From Balanoglossus misakiensis (Eukaryota; Animalia; Hemichordata), in NCBI GenBank assembly GCA_040954595.2, contig CM082577.2, forward strand, positions 124,001 through 188,000: a DNA stretch of 64,000 nucleotides, in the 5' to 3' direction. This document shows positions 1 through 10,372 of the stretch, piece after piece. The notes under the pieces were generated by a model that had not been told where the DNA came from, searched no databases, and worked only from the letters and a program-made list of their open reading frames with translations. Position numbers and translations under genes: made by a program. Each line of letters opens with the position of its first letter. Positions within the stretch are counted from its first letter, which is position 1.

Positions 1-942
1 TTGCAACAGTCTACGTTTAGCGTCACAATACAATAAATTTGATGTCGTAAACGAATACTAGTAAAATGATCATTCATTTCATAATTTCGATGGTTAGGAT
101 CACTGTTGGAAACGAACATAAGCCACGCAGCCGAATAGATGGCGATAGAGGGCGCGCATGTAATGGAAAGAACCTTGCATGACCTTGCATACATCATGGT
201 GCTGTAAATGAGATCACTATTCCAAGATTTCGTGTTTCCCGTTTTTGTCTATCAATAAATTTCTTCTTGATGAAGAATATGCAGTTAATGTATTACTTTT
301 GTCCCTTTCCCAAATATTGCAGTTGACCAAAAAGTCAACAACTGAAAATAGTATAAGTCCGGACTTCAAGAACAGTCTGGAGTGATATATTCAAATACTA
401 TACATGTAAATGATGTTTTCGTGTCCTTCTTATGGCCGATAACAAAGACAAAACTTTGCTAGTAGCTTTTGTGACGTGTTTGTACAACTTTCGATTATCA
501 AAACAATGTTCATGTACTGGTGTACCGAGCAATGCGTATAGGCCAGGTCAGTCGTCAGATGGCGCACTTTAACGTTTAATTAAATCCAGCCATACAGCAT
601 TTGTGACTGCGTTCAAGAGATTTTGACGGTACAACAGTCTATCGTGCATTTAAAAGCCCCACTGTACGGATTCGAACCTTTTTGCCATTTGTTTACTCAC
701 TTTTAATATTGGGGTTCTTGTGTTAATGAAGTATACATGTTCAATTGTCGTTACTTCTACAGCCAAAAGCATGTTCAGAGACAACTCCGACAACTAAAGA
801 TAATTTTAAAAATGCGTACAACATAAGCATCTTTTGACAAGCAAAGAACTAACAGTACTATAAATACATAATTATAATATCGAAGTTCTCTCTCCATCTC
901 TCGCCCCTCTAGCACTCTCCCCCCCCTCTCTCTCTCTCTCTC

Positions 943-1971
943 TCAGTTTTCTACCAACGAGACCCTGTTACCCTTGCCATCAGACGAAGACAACCTGAAG
1001 AAGTGCAAAGACCCGACGCTGTCATGACGGACGACGGTCGTCTTGATGTGTGCAGTCTGATCTTCCTGCCGACCGAATGCCGTTGATACGCTGTACTTTC
1101 GTTCGCTGTGGTGACTTGCGTCAGTGGAAATACTGTGTCTATGATGATCCGTCACCACAAAGCCGGACCCTCTTCTTTTGTTGGGAGTCGGCGGCACGAG
1201 ACTTGCCTCGAGCTTCAAGAACCGATCATCCTCAATTCCTTTCTTCTCGGTGTTCTTCGGAAAGTCTTTATCACGTCTGTCAAACCCGTTGTGTTTCTCT
1301 ATAACCGGCAACCTCATATCGTCACCATCTCTCCCGGATTTCCGCAGTTGTTCCCAAATTTCGACGGGTTCTTCATTCTCTTTTATTATCGGCAGAGTCG
1401 TTATCTTGAGGTACTCCCGCGCTTTCAAAAATTCTCGGCTGGCTTTCGAAAGCGCGGTCTTGCCGTTAGTCAGGTTATTATTCTGGAAAGTCAGTCCCTT
1501 GAACACTTGCCGACCAGATTTGGACAGAGGTCGTAGTATCTCCTTGGCGTCAAAGTCGAACTTCAAATGCTGCCTGGCCCTGTTCTTGCTCAACACTGTG
1601 TCGATGAACTTCATTTTCCGAGCCGCCAGATCCACTGCCGCTCTGCTCTGCTGCAGCGCCAAATCGGACAGACGAATCTGCAGCAGTCTCTCCGCGGTGA
1701 CGTTGTCGTACAGGAGAACCCGCTTCAAGTTGTTGGGCAGCGACTTCGGCGGCGTCGTCAGGCAGTCGTCGGCGTAGTTCTCCTGGCTCTCCGCCGGGTG
1801 GAACCAACTCCGGCCATCCTTCTTGCGGTCGCGGATTTTGCAGTCGATAAAGCGAGGCATTGAGCTCCTTCGCCGCAGGAACGTACCGTCCGGTTTCCAC
1901 TCCAGTACGGAATTTGGCGGCCCTAGGTCGCATTGAGCCAAGTCGGTCTCCTCATTCGTGCTATCGCACAT
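943..1971 (-). CDS. Uncharacterised single-coding-exon protein, family B (~342 aa; N-terminal helical segment plus DDRFxxLxxSLV motif)
   Basis: Long open frame, more GC-rich than its flanks. First ATG is at 1971 (the ORF-track start at 1998 is TTG). Shares VLLYDNVTAERLL and IEDDRFLKLEASLV with ORF 47733-48779 (ILLHDNGSQDRLL, INDDRFHQLTASLV). AATAAA-like 3' signals not clearly assigned. Confidence 0.8.
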   Translation of the reverse strand: MCDSTNEETDLAQCDLGPPNSVLEWKPDGTFLRRRSSMPRFIDCKIRDRKKDGRSWFHPAESQENYADDCLTTPPKSLPNNLKRVLLYDNVTAERLLQIRLSDLALQQSRAAVDLAARKMKFIDTVLSKNRARQHLKFDFDAKEILRPLSKSGRQVFKGLTFQNNNLTNGKTALSKASREFLKAREYLKITTLPIIKENEEPVEIWEQLRKSGRDGDDMRLPVIEKHNGFDRRDKDFPKNTEKKGIEDDRFLKLEASLVPPTPNKRRGSGFVVTDHHRHSISTDASHHSERKYSVSTAFGRQEDQTAHIKTTVVRHDSVGSLHFFRLSSSDGKGNRVSLVEN

Positions 1972-4710
1972 TCTTGCTTCTTTCTTGTGTTCAGACAAAA
2001 TAAATTAAAGTTGCTCTCTGGCGGATACCCAAGAGAACACAACCATCAGGGACGGCTTGTTCATTTTAGGGACAGTCTTAGTATGATAATTGAAATGATT
2101 CTCCCCGCCAGAAACCATGGTGATCGGTCTGTTGGGGATAAAGCTGTCCAGGAACAGAAGTCGTAACAATCTAGGAGGAATAAGTGGGAAAACTTCGACA
2201 ATAAACTGCTCCGTTACAAACATGGTCTTTCATTGAAAAAAGACGACCGACTGCGCTTTATACCTAAAACCCGTGAAATACTAGTGCATCACACCCTTTA
2301 CATTTTAGACAATGGTCAAAGGCACATGTCATTTTGTCAATCCCCACCGGACAATCAGTGATGTTCTTCAGATTGTCATTGTTCATGACGTGAGCGAGCC
2401 TTGCTTGATCGGAAGTATAAAATACTATTTATTGGGGATTGTTTTCGCAACACATCTTCGAATGAAAAGGTACGTTTTATTCAAGCATTCCCTCGACACC
2501 ACGTTGTCAGACACTCATGCAAAGATACGCCTGATCCCTTGTGTATCATGCAACGGGTGTTGCTAGGGGAGACAGCAAGTCGGGCATCAGTGCGATTTAG
2601 GCGGAGTGGTACATTTGAAGATAATTATAATTTGGCCTCACAGCCATCTCTCAATGTGTATGAACAGTTAGATTTGGGACTCAGTGGTTTCATTTATTAT
2701 GAGGGGGTAGGGCGGAGGAAATTGGGGTCGAGCTGGTTGGTCTCTTAGAATGTGACCCTTCCCTAGACCAAGTGTGTAAAATATGTCCCCTCCACCTAAT
2801 AATAAAACGACCTTAATATCGATTATGCACTACTCGATAAAAGTACATTTTGTCCCGAAGGTATACCATGTCCTGATGACGTATCAACACTTCGTGATGC
2901 ACAACGAGCGACGACCACTATTGCCAACGTAACGCGTAGGGCGCTGTTAGTACATAACTGGCCATCGTTTAATTCGGCAAATCTGTCGATCGGGCATTGT
3001 GAAAATCTGGCGGTATTCAACACTATAGAATTATATCAATGGTGGCTGATTTATGTATAGTTCCATTCCAGTCGTCCAATTTTATCGTGTTTCTAATTTT
3101 ATTCGGCAGGACTTAGGTTCTATCAGCGGTGAATGATAAACAAGTCAGTGAACTTTATCGACGAGAAATTTTGACGTGATTTTTAAAAGGAATCTATAAA
3201 TTCGAATTTGCTGACTCGATTTCAGGCACAGACAAACTAATGATCGATTCTGAGAAGTACATTGAATAATCATAGAAATTTGCGCATTAAAATTGTGGCT
3301 TCATTGAGTAAATTCACGTGACTCATTCAAAGTGATTTCCCACATATTGTGTGAGTTATTCTGCATTCGTTTAAACCGCGACGTTTCCATAGTTACACTG
3401 ACCAACAGTTACTTCTGCACTCAGACTCTCGCCCCATATTTTTGAATCACTACTTCACTTTTGTGGACAGATTACGCTGAGCGGGTCTGCGTGGAGAAAA
3501 TGGGTCTTGTTGAAAAGACAGGAAATATGGTGATTGTAGTGATTGTGTCGTGCTGAATACCGTTTTAGTGTTTTCCCTGCACGCTGGTTTGGCCTAAATA
3601 TTGGCCGTCACATTGATTATGATCGCGGTGCATGATTCCACCGAGAGACGAATTAATGGCTGCCAGTAAAATTGACTAGTTTAACGTTTTCACGGATATG
3701 TCGTCGACAACTTACCAAACGACATAATTATTTCGCCCACACCATTATCAACGTGCTGAAGGATAATTTACACCGTAGTTGCCTTAAAAGGCGCACCTCC
3801 TTTATTGGTTTTATCTAAAAGCAAACGAGAAATATTTCAATTCAAAACAACGTTCTTCCACCGCATAAAGATTCAGTGCTAACATGGACGACCAACTAAG
3901 CTCACTTCTCAAACTAGATGCTCTCGCGTGTTCCCTGTCAAGCGCTGGTAATGCCATGAAAGTTTTACGATTTAATGTGAGTAACTCAGCTATTTTGATC
4001 GCTCTTTAAATTAAAAGAACTCCTTTTGTGTAACTCTCCCGTTTCAAAACAATCAACCAAGATATTTACGTTTAAAAAGGTCAGTATAGCTGCAAAATGT
4101 AACCTTTAAATTGTCAATTATGGCAAATAATTTCAAATCACTTCCATTGCACTCCCATGTGCATGTACATTTGTTATCAAATGTTTGATAGCATTGGTCT
4201 TTGCCGTGCAAGATGATGACGACGGCGCTTCATACCTACCGTGGACTTGAAAAATATGTACAAAGCCATTGCGCTAACATGGTACGAGTCATTCTTCAGG
4301 CATCAATTACTGTAATGAGTGGCTCAGGCTGACGATTGCTCTGTCAAGTTTATAAAAATGGATAGATATTTGCTCAAATCGATAAATTTAATTAAAACCT
4401 TAACTTTGTAGAATATCAACCAACATAATTACATTGTTCAAAATTCGATTTATTTTACGCCGGCAAACTTTTTTCTACTTAATATGCCGTTTTTCTTCAA
4501 TAAAACCTAGCCTTCCAATGACAAATGTAGACGTTTGAAATTTGTGTTGTTCTTACACGAGGCACGTGCAAATATATCTGAGTGGACGTTATTCATGTGT
4601 GTATTGATTTAGTGACGATTAGTTGCCATGGTATTCGATTACAAGAACTCGTTCAATCCCATGCTTATTGAACACACGTCAGTGTACAGCTTATATGTAT
4701 GTGTGTAATG

Positions 4711-4942
<232 letters not shown>

Positions 4943-6112
4943 AGGCGTCTTCAAATAATGCCAATGCGTGAGCGAAATAGGGTTGAGTACAAAGATCGGG
5001 GCTTGGTGGGAAATGTCACTGGGTACACGGCAACAGTTATGTAAAATACTCCATAAACCTGTCTTATGTCATCAAAATAGCGATTTTATTGCATCTATAA
5101 GTGAAGTTGTTCAAACGTACATTGTTTGTGCAGTAGTTCTAAACACAGACCCCAGAGAAACGGGTCTATGTCTTGACAGATCTTCACAAAGGTCACGTAT
5201 TTCCTTCGTTGACAGGTTACTGCCAAATATATCAGTTGAAGACATTCCAAGTGTGATCAGTCGCGAATAAATATTGGTTGAGTGTTCAGTTATTATTTGC
5301 TAGTGCCAGCACGATTTACTCACATGCGATTTTCCCATCAATTATTAGCTGTATGGTGTTGCCATGTAAACCATGATTGATGTCCCGAAGCGTCAGGGAA
5401 CACAAACGCAAAACAAACATATCATCATGGGACTTGGTAGCCTGCGCAAATTTTCGAATTATATTCATTTTAATATCTGAAAACTGTTACAGCAATTTGT
5501 CTCGATGAAAAGCCGTGATGGCTATTGCGTAAATAGGTCAACATACCCTATATTTCAAAATGAGAAACTGATTAGTTTAGAGCATAAGATATGTGAACAT
5601 CTCGCATTTTCTTAACAAATACTCGTCGTTTTTTCTCCCTATAGTAGTATTACCCCAAGTTCAGGCAGATCAACTGACTGACTGATTATAATCTTATTTA
5701 TCCGACATTTTGTTGACACCATGATAATGTGTCTGCGAGCAGAATGTGAATCTTGATGATAAAGGCCCGTCAGCACGCATGCATGCACGCTTGTATATAC
5801 AAGCACAAGGGTACTTTATTGTACACGACCATCCACTGTAATGGTCTGAAGCTTGAGTACTATGATAGTTCGAAGTGTCCCCGTTACCCATCGCACGCAG
5901 AGAGTGCGGTCGGCGAGACGGGGACGCAGAGGCGGGCAAATGTCATGGGAAGAGGTTATGCTTAACAGAAGAAACTAGCCGATTTTGTAATACAGGCGCA
6001 ATACAAATCTGGTAGCATTCCCATTATACACACAGCTCTATACAACACCGCTTTCAAATAAAAGACCGCTATTGTTGATTGAAGAAAATGTCCGCTTGGA
6101 AGCACAATATTT

Positions 6113-7295
6113 AAAGAACTCTTTAGCTTGCATTATCACAATTATCATATCTAGCATCAATGATTGATGTGCCAGAGCGCGTTATTAAGCAAATCGACAG
6201 GTTAATTTACAATTTTATTTCAAAGGGTCTGGGTAAAATGGCCAGAAATGTATTAGCTGGACCATTAAACGAAGGAGGTTGTAACATGCCCGTTTTTAAA
6301 TGGAAAGTGGTTGCATTCAAGTTTATGTGGATTGTGCGTTTAACAAACTGTAAAAATGCATGTTGGAAGAACTACCCTCTTTATTTATTTGACCCATGTT
6401 CGGATTTTTCAATTCTTAAAGATGTACTTTCAAATAGTAGAATTTCAAGAGAACCTTTTGTCTCAAGATTACCAGTCTTTTATCAACAGGTCTTGAAAGC
6501 TTGGAACATTATCCCACCCCGTAAAGATACAGTCAGCACCATTTTGTGGAATTGCAAATATAATGTTTTTATTAATCTTAAGCGAAATGTAAATTATATT
6601 GAAATTAAGAATAAGAAAGTGAAATTAATGAAATTGAAGACAAAAGATGTGTACAGATTTTTAGTAAACCGTATTGCACAGCCAGCCAGCACATTGAGCT
6701 GGCAGCACGAGTTTGGGCAAACTACAGATTTAAAAAATGCTTGGTCATTAGGTTACAGAGTAACAAAGGAGAACAAATTAAGAGCGTTTCATTGGAAATT
6801 TCTGCATAAGAAATGTATAAATAATGTAAAATTGTACCGTTGGAAAATTAGAGAAAATTCCCATTGCGTGTTTTGTAATGTAGATGACACAACTCGACAT
6901 CGCTATTTTGAGTGTACCATCGCCAAAGAAGTATGGCAAATTGTAGATAATATTGGACAAAGGTTGTATGGCTTGCACAAGCCTTTGAGTTGGCAAAATA
7001 TTGTATATGGCTTTGAAAAGAACGATAACTTAGATGAGATGAACCTTTTAATTTTGATTGCAAAATGGTCTATACACAAGTTTCACTGTATGGAATTACA
7101 CAAAGCTCGTTTGTATAATCTTGTACAGCATGAACTGAAAATTCGAATGCATAATTTATTGTAGGTGTCACATGTTTACATGTACACAGCGTTAGATCAA
7201 TATGTTGTTGTTGTTGTTTTTGTTGTTGTTGTTCCTTTTTTCCTTAAGAGATAATAAACAGATGTTAAAAAAAAAAAAAAAAAGAACTCTTTAGC
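6113..7295 (+). mobile_element. 5'-truncated non-LTR retrotransposon (L1/Tx1-type) with target-site duplication
   Basis: Identical 15-bp direct repeats AAAGAACTCTTTAGC at 6113-6127 and 7281-7295. AATAAA at 7253-7258 and poly(A) at 7267-7283. Target context TT/AAAG resembles the L1 endonuclease TT/AAAA site. The internal ORF is the C-terminal part of ORF2. Confidence 0.93.
6127..7164 (+). pseudogene. C-terminal fragment of LINE ORF2 (post-RT region plus zf-RVT CCHC zinc knuckle)
   Basis: The frame is open from the TSD junction (LALSQLSYLASMIDVP...). It contains EGGCNMP, KLRAFHWKFLH and CVFCNVDDTTRHRYFEC (C-x2-C-x7-H-x4-C), which are typical of L1/Tx1 ORF2 C-termini. Endonuclease and RT core are absent. 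Confidence 0.88.
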
Positions 7296-7695
7296 GGATG
7301 AAAGATTCCCTTAGAATAGGTGTGGGGAATTGCGACTGCCGAACATGACAAGCAGCGTGACCAGAGCAGCGAATATGAACAAAAGCAGCCGGGTAAATAC
7401 TTCAAGATACAATGGCTTGTCACCTTTAACAGTTATAATTGCCTGGCGTCGCTTTAACTCTGAAAAGGAGCCCTTTTATCAACTGAACACATAGTGCGAA
7501 GAAAATTGCAATTGACGAAAGTGGGTCGCAGGAAATAGGAAATTCGTTAGTCAGCGTTAATAGCAAAGATGTGTGAATTTTCTGCAACTGACGAAAATGC
7601 ATAATACTGTTAATATTAACTGCCTTTATTTGATCGGCAATTGAAGTTAGCTGCTGACGTATACTCAGTCTCCAAATTTTCAGTTGAAATGATGG

Positions 7696-9015
7696 TCATT
7701 GTGCATTAAGGTACCTTTGTACAGGGTAGAAACCAAAGTCTTTCTTGAGTTCGGGTGTCGGGCTATTCGGTGGGCATACTTCGCCCGCCGATGGTGAATA
7801 CAGTTTGCACATCGGACAGTCTACGCTGTGCGCCGGTACAATGATGGGTGCGAGTCGCGATGGGCTTCCGTAGATGAAGTGCATCGGTAGTTTAAACGTC
7901 TTGTCGCGCCATAAAACGTGTGGAATATCCGGTTGCCTCGTCTTCTCTTTCGCCGCGAAATCCGGGACGTAGAATTCGTCGGAGTCGTCAGACGGGGCCA
8001 TCGTGCTGATATAACCGGAGGAGTCCGATCCTCCGCCGCGATCGTCAAGAGTTGCATCGGTTTGTTCGTCGTTCCGGTTTTCTCTCCGATCATGAGAACA
8101 CTCATAACTCCCAATTCCTAGTTCAGTCAAATTCACATTAATTGTCATGACAGATTTGTTATCGTCGGGTTGAAATTGTTCCTCAAGAGGGTCGGATCCA
8201 CAGAGACTTTTCGCAGATGACAGAGACATATACGAATTATCATCCGAAACGCTCGCTACTCTCATGTCATCATCCGCGTTTGTCCTACTCTTTGTGCGCG
8301 GGCATCTTCTGACCAGTCTCGACCGAGCTGTAGTATTACGGCAACTGAACAACTCCGCTCCGGAGACATTTTCCACCACTTGAGAAAGTGTTCTCGGGTC
8401 CGTCGGACAGCAGTCGGACGACGTGGCCGAGCTCGGTCGACTGCCGAACGAAGTAGTACAGGCGCTGGCAGCTCGATTTCGGGCTAATAGCAAATTAATT
8501 TCCCCTCTGGTCAGTCGTCCGATGGAGGTAGTACTCTTGGTGACTCGATTTGTACTGCGGTGATCGGCTCCCGTGCCATCTTCGGTTAACTGGCTTCGAC
8601 ACAGATTCGCTGTGCTCACAGCCTTTAGGGTAGGGAGTTCAACATTTTCTGCCCCTGGCTTCTTAACCTTTAGGGAGAATTTGTCCTTCTTCCAACTAGC
8701 CACGAGTTGGCTCTTATTCGCAAAGTTTTTGGTTTTCTTCCCGATCTGAGGCAATTGTACCTGGTTGATCTGATCCGAGTTCTCGTGCAAAGTCTGCGCA
8801 CCGTCCCCTTTGAGGTTTTCTTTCTCCCTTTTGAATCCTATTTTACTGGAGCTTCTGGATTCTGCATTCGCCTGGGTAGCTTGTCTGGCTATTTCTGATA
8901 GCTGCTTCTCGGACAACCTTGAAAACTGTTTCTTGCCAGAGTACGTAGACTCGCCCGCCCCCGGTTGTCTGGGTACTTCCCCGAGCCTCCGAAATGCCGT
9001 CGTGGTCGCCTTCAT
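7696..9015 (-). CDS. Uncharacterised single-coding-exon protein, family A (439 aa; disordered, C-terminal HxVxCPxC...CPPNSP motif)
   Basis: 439-codon ORF with ATG; in-frame stop upstream at 9058-9060. C-terminal HSVDCPMCKLYSPSAGEVCPPNSP aligns with 17979-19040 and 26069-27886. Confidence 0.85.
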   Translation of the reverse strand: MKATTTAFRRLGEVPRQPGAGESTYSGKKQFSRLSEKQLSEIARQATQANAESRSSSKIGFKREKENLKGDGAQTLHENSDQINQVQLPQIGKKTKNFANKSQLVASWKKDKFSLKVKKPGAENVELPTLKAVSTANLCRSQLTEDGTGADHRSTNRVTKSTTSIGRLTRGEINLLLARNRAASACTTSFGSRPSSATSSDCCPTDPRTLSQVVENVSGAELFSCRNTTARSRLVRRCPRTKSRTNADDDMRVASVSDDNSYMSLSSAKSLCGSDPLEEQFQPDDNKSVMTINVNLTELGIGSYECSHDRRENRNDEQTDATLDDRGGGSDSSGYISTMAPSDDSDEFYVPDFAAKEKTRQPDIPHVLWRDKTFKLPMHFIYGSPSRLAPIIVPAHSVDCPMCKLYSPSAGEVCPPNSPTPELKKDFGFYPVQRYLNAQ

Positions 9016-10358
9016 ATTATCCGACCTCGTCCACGCAGTTGGTTTCTTCAGTGTGGCTTATGAGTCCGCCATGGTTGTGTCGTGGCGGTGTCACGGTTTT
9101 CGTCGTTCGGTAAACAACCGACCTCCTTGCGTGCCCATTCCCGAAATCAATATCAAACAATTGTATATATCTCTGCTTTACGGGTTCTCTTCTGCCAACC
9201 CCCGTTGTTTAAAGCAAAACACTCCAGTCGCAGAGAACCGTGCTCGGGTGTCTCTAGGCGAACACATCACATTGAAGTCTGCATTCAGATCACGTTTTCG
9301 CGTTGCTTTGGGAATTAATATACTTGCCAATATTGTCCAGTAGGTTGGGGTCGGCCCTAAGGCCGATCTTAATAAATTTGGAAGTATCGGTAATGCAGAA
9401 CCAAATCTTCGTTTATGTCCGTATTTACCTTCCTTTGTTAGCTTGATTCGCGTGAACACAACTGTGTCTTTCCTCGATCCCAATCCCGATTGTCCTCCCG
9501 AGACAGTCAAAATATGCGCAATAAATTCTGACGCCGGCAAAAAACAAGATTGCAACGGACGTGCAGGCGCAGAGGAAAGTCAGAACAACCACCTGTTGGA
9601 TGACCCGAAAAATAGCCGCCGCAGAGGGGGTTTGTTGCGCTTCAGGTTGGTAACGGATTCCAGTTACAAAAACTAGACGCGGTGTAAACAGATCGACTTC
9701 ACATGTGGCAGCAGTTGCCCAGTTGCGAATCAGCACCCCTTGCGGTCTTTTGGTAGTCTCCACGGGCGTCTTAATACAAAGCACCGGTAACCTGACAAGG
9801 GGGTTTCCACCCGCACGTTCTGCGCGTCGCAAACTACATCGGTATTATTAAATATTGACGGGGCTGTGGGTACTTCGACTTCACTCCTTGGCATGAAACA
9901 CTGTTTTCCAAGTTGACGTAACGGAGAGGAAAATGACAATCATATCCTCGTTGCTACACGCCTGCAATATTTCACACCAGCTGCGCCTGTACGTCACCAT
10001 GTACGCTGTAGTTGATATCTGCGCAGGTAATAAACATTCCTATTGAGGGCTGACACCGCTCTGACAGAAATTGCACGAGCCAGTCTGCGCAGTTCGTATT
10101 TGATCGGGAGCTCATTTCATAGTCAGCGATCAATTATGACCATCAAACCACCCTTTCGCAGCCCAGCTCGTATCTATTGTACGCTCTGCATACCAAAATA
10201 AACCGCGCACACCATAAATATTCTATGAGCATCGCAGAGAATTGAAAGCGGTATCGATGGATTTAAATCGGCGTGCTCACTTCACCGGCATGTACAACAG
10301 GGTAGCCGCAGTGTTTAATTTCTCTGTTTTGTGAGACACCGTGTAAAGTCCAATTCAT

Positions 10359-10372
10359 GTCGCCATAGCGAC
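10359..10372. promoter_or_regulatory. RFX X-box-like motif GTCGCCATAGCGAC
   Basis: Matches the palindromic X-box pattern (GTYNCC-AT-RGNRAC) and lies 5' of the minus-strand gene 7696-9015. Confidence 0.5.

Noticed and set aside
668-679. Pol III B-box-like GGTTCGAATCC (reverse strand; similar GGTTCGATCC near 23660)
   Set aside because: No A-box at the right spacing and no cloverleaf, so not called as tRNA or SINE.
1108-1933. Overlapping ORFs of 98-199 aa on other frames and strands (likewise 8810-9343 and 47697-48122)
   Set aside because: Shadows of the GC-rich true coding frames, with no motifs of their own.
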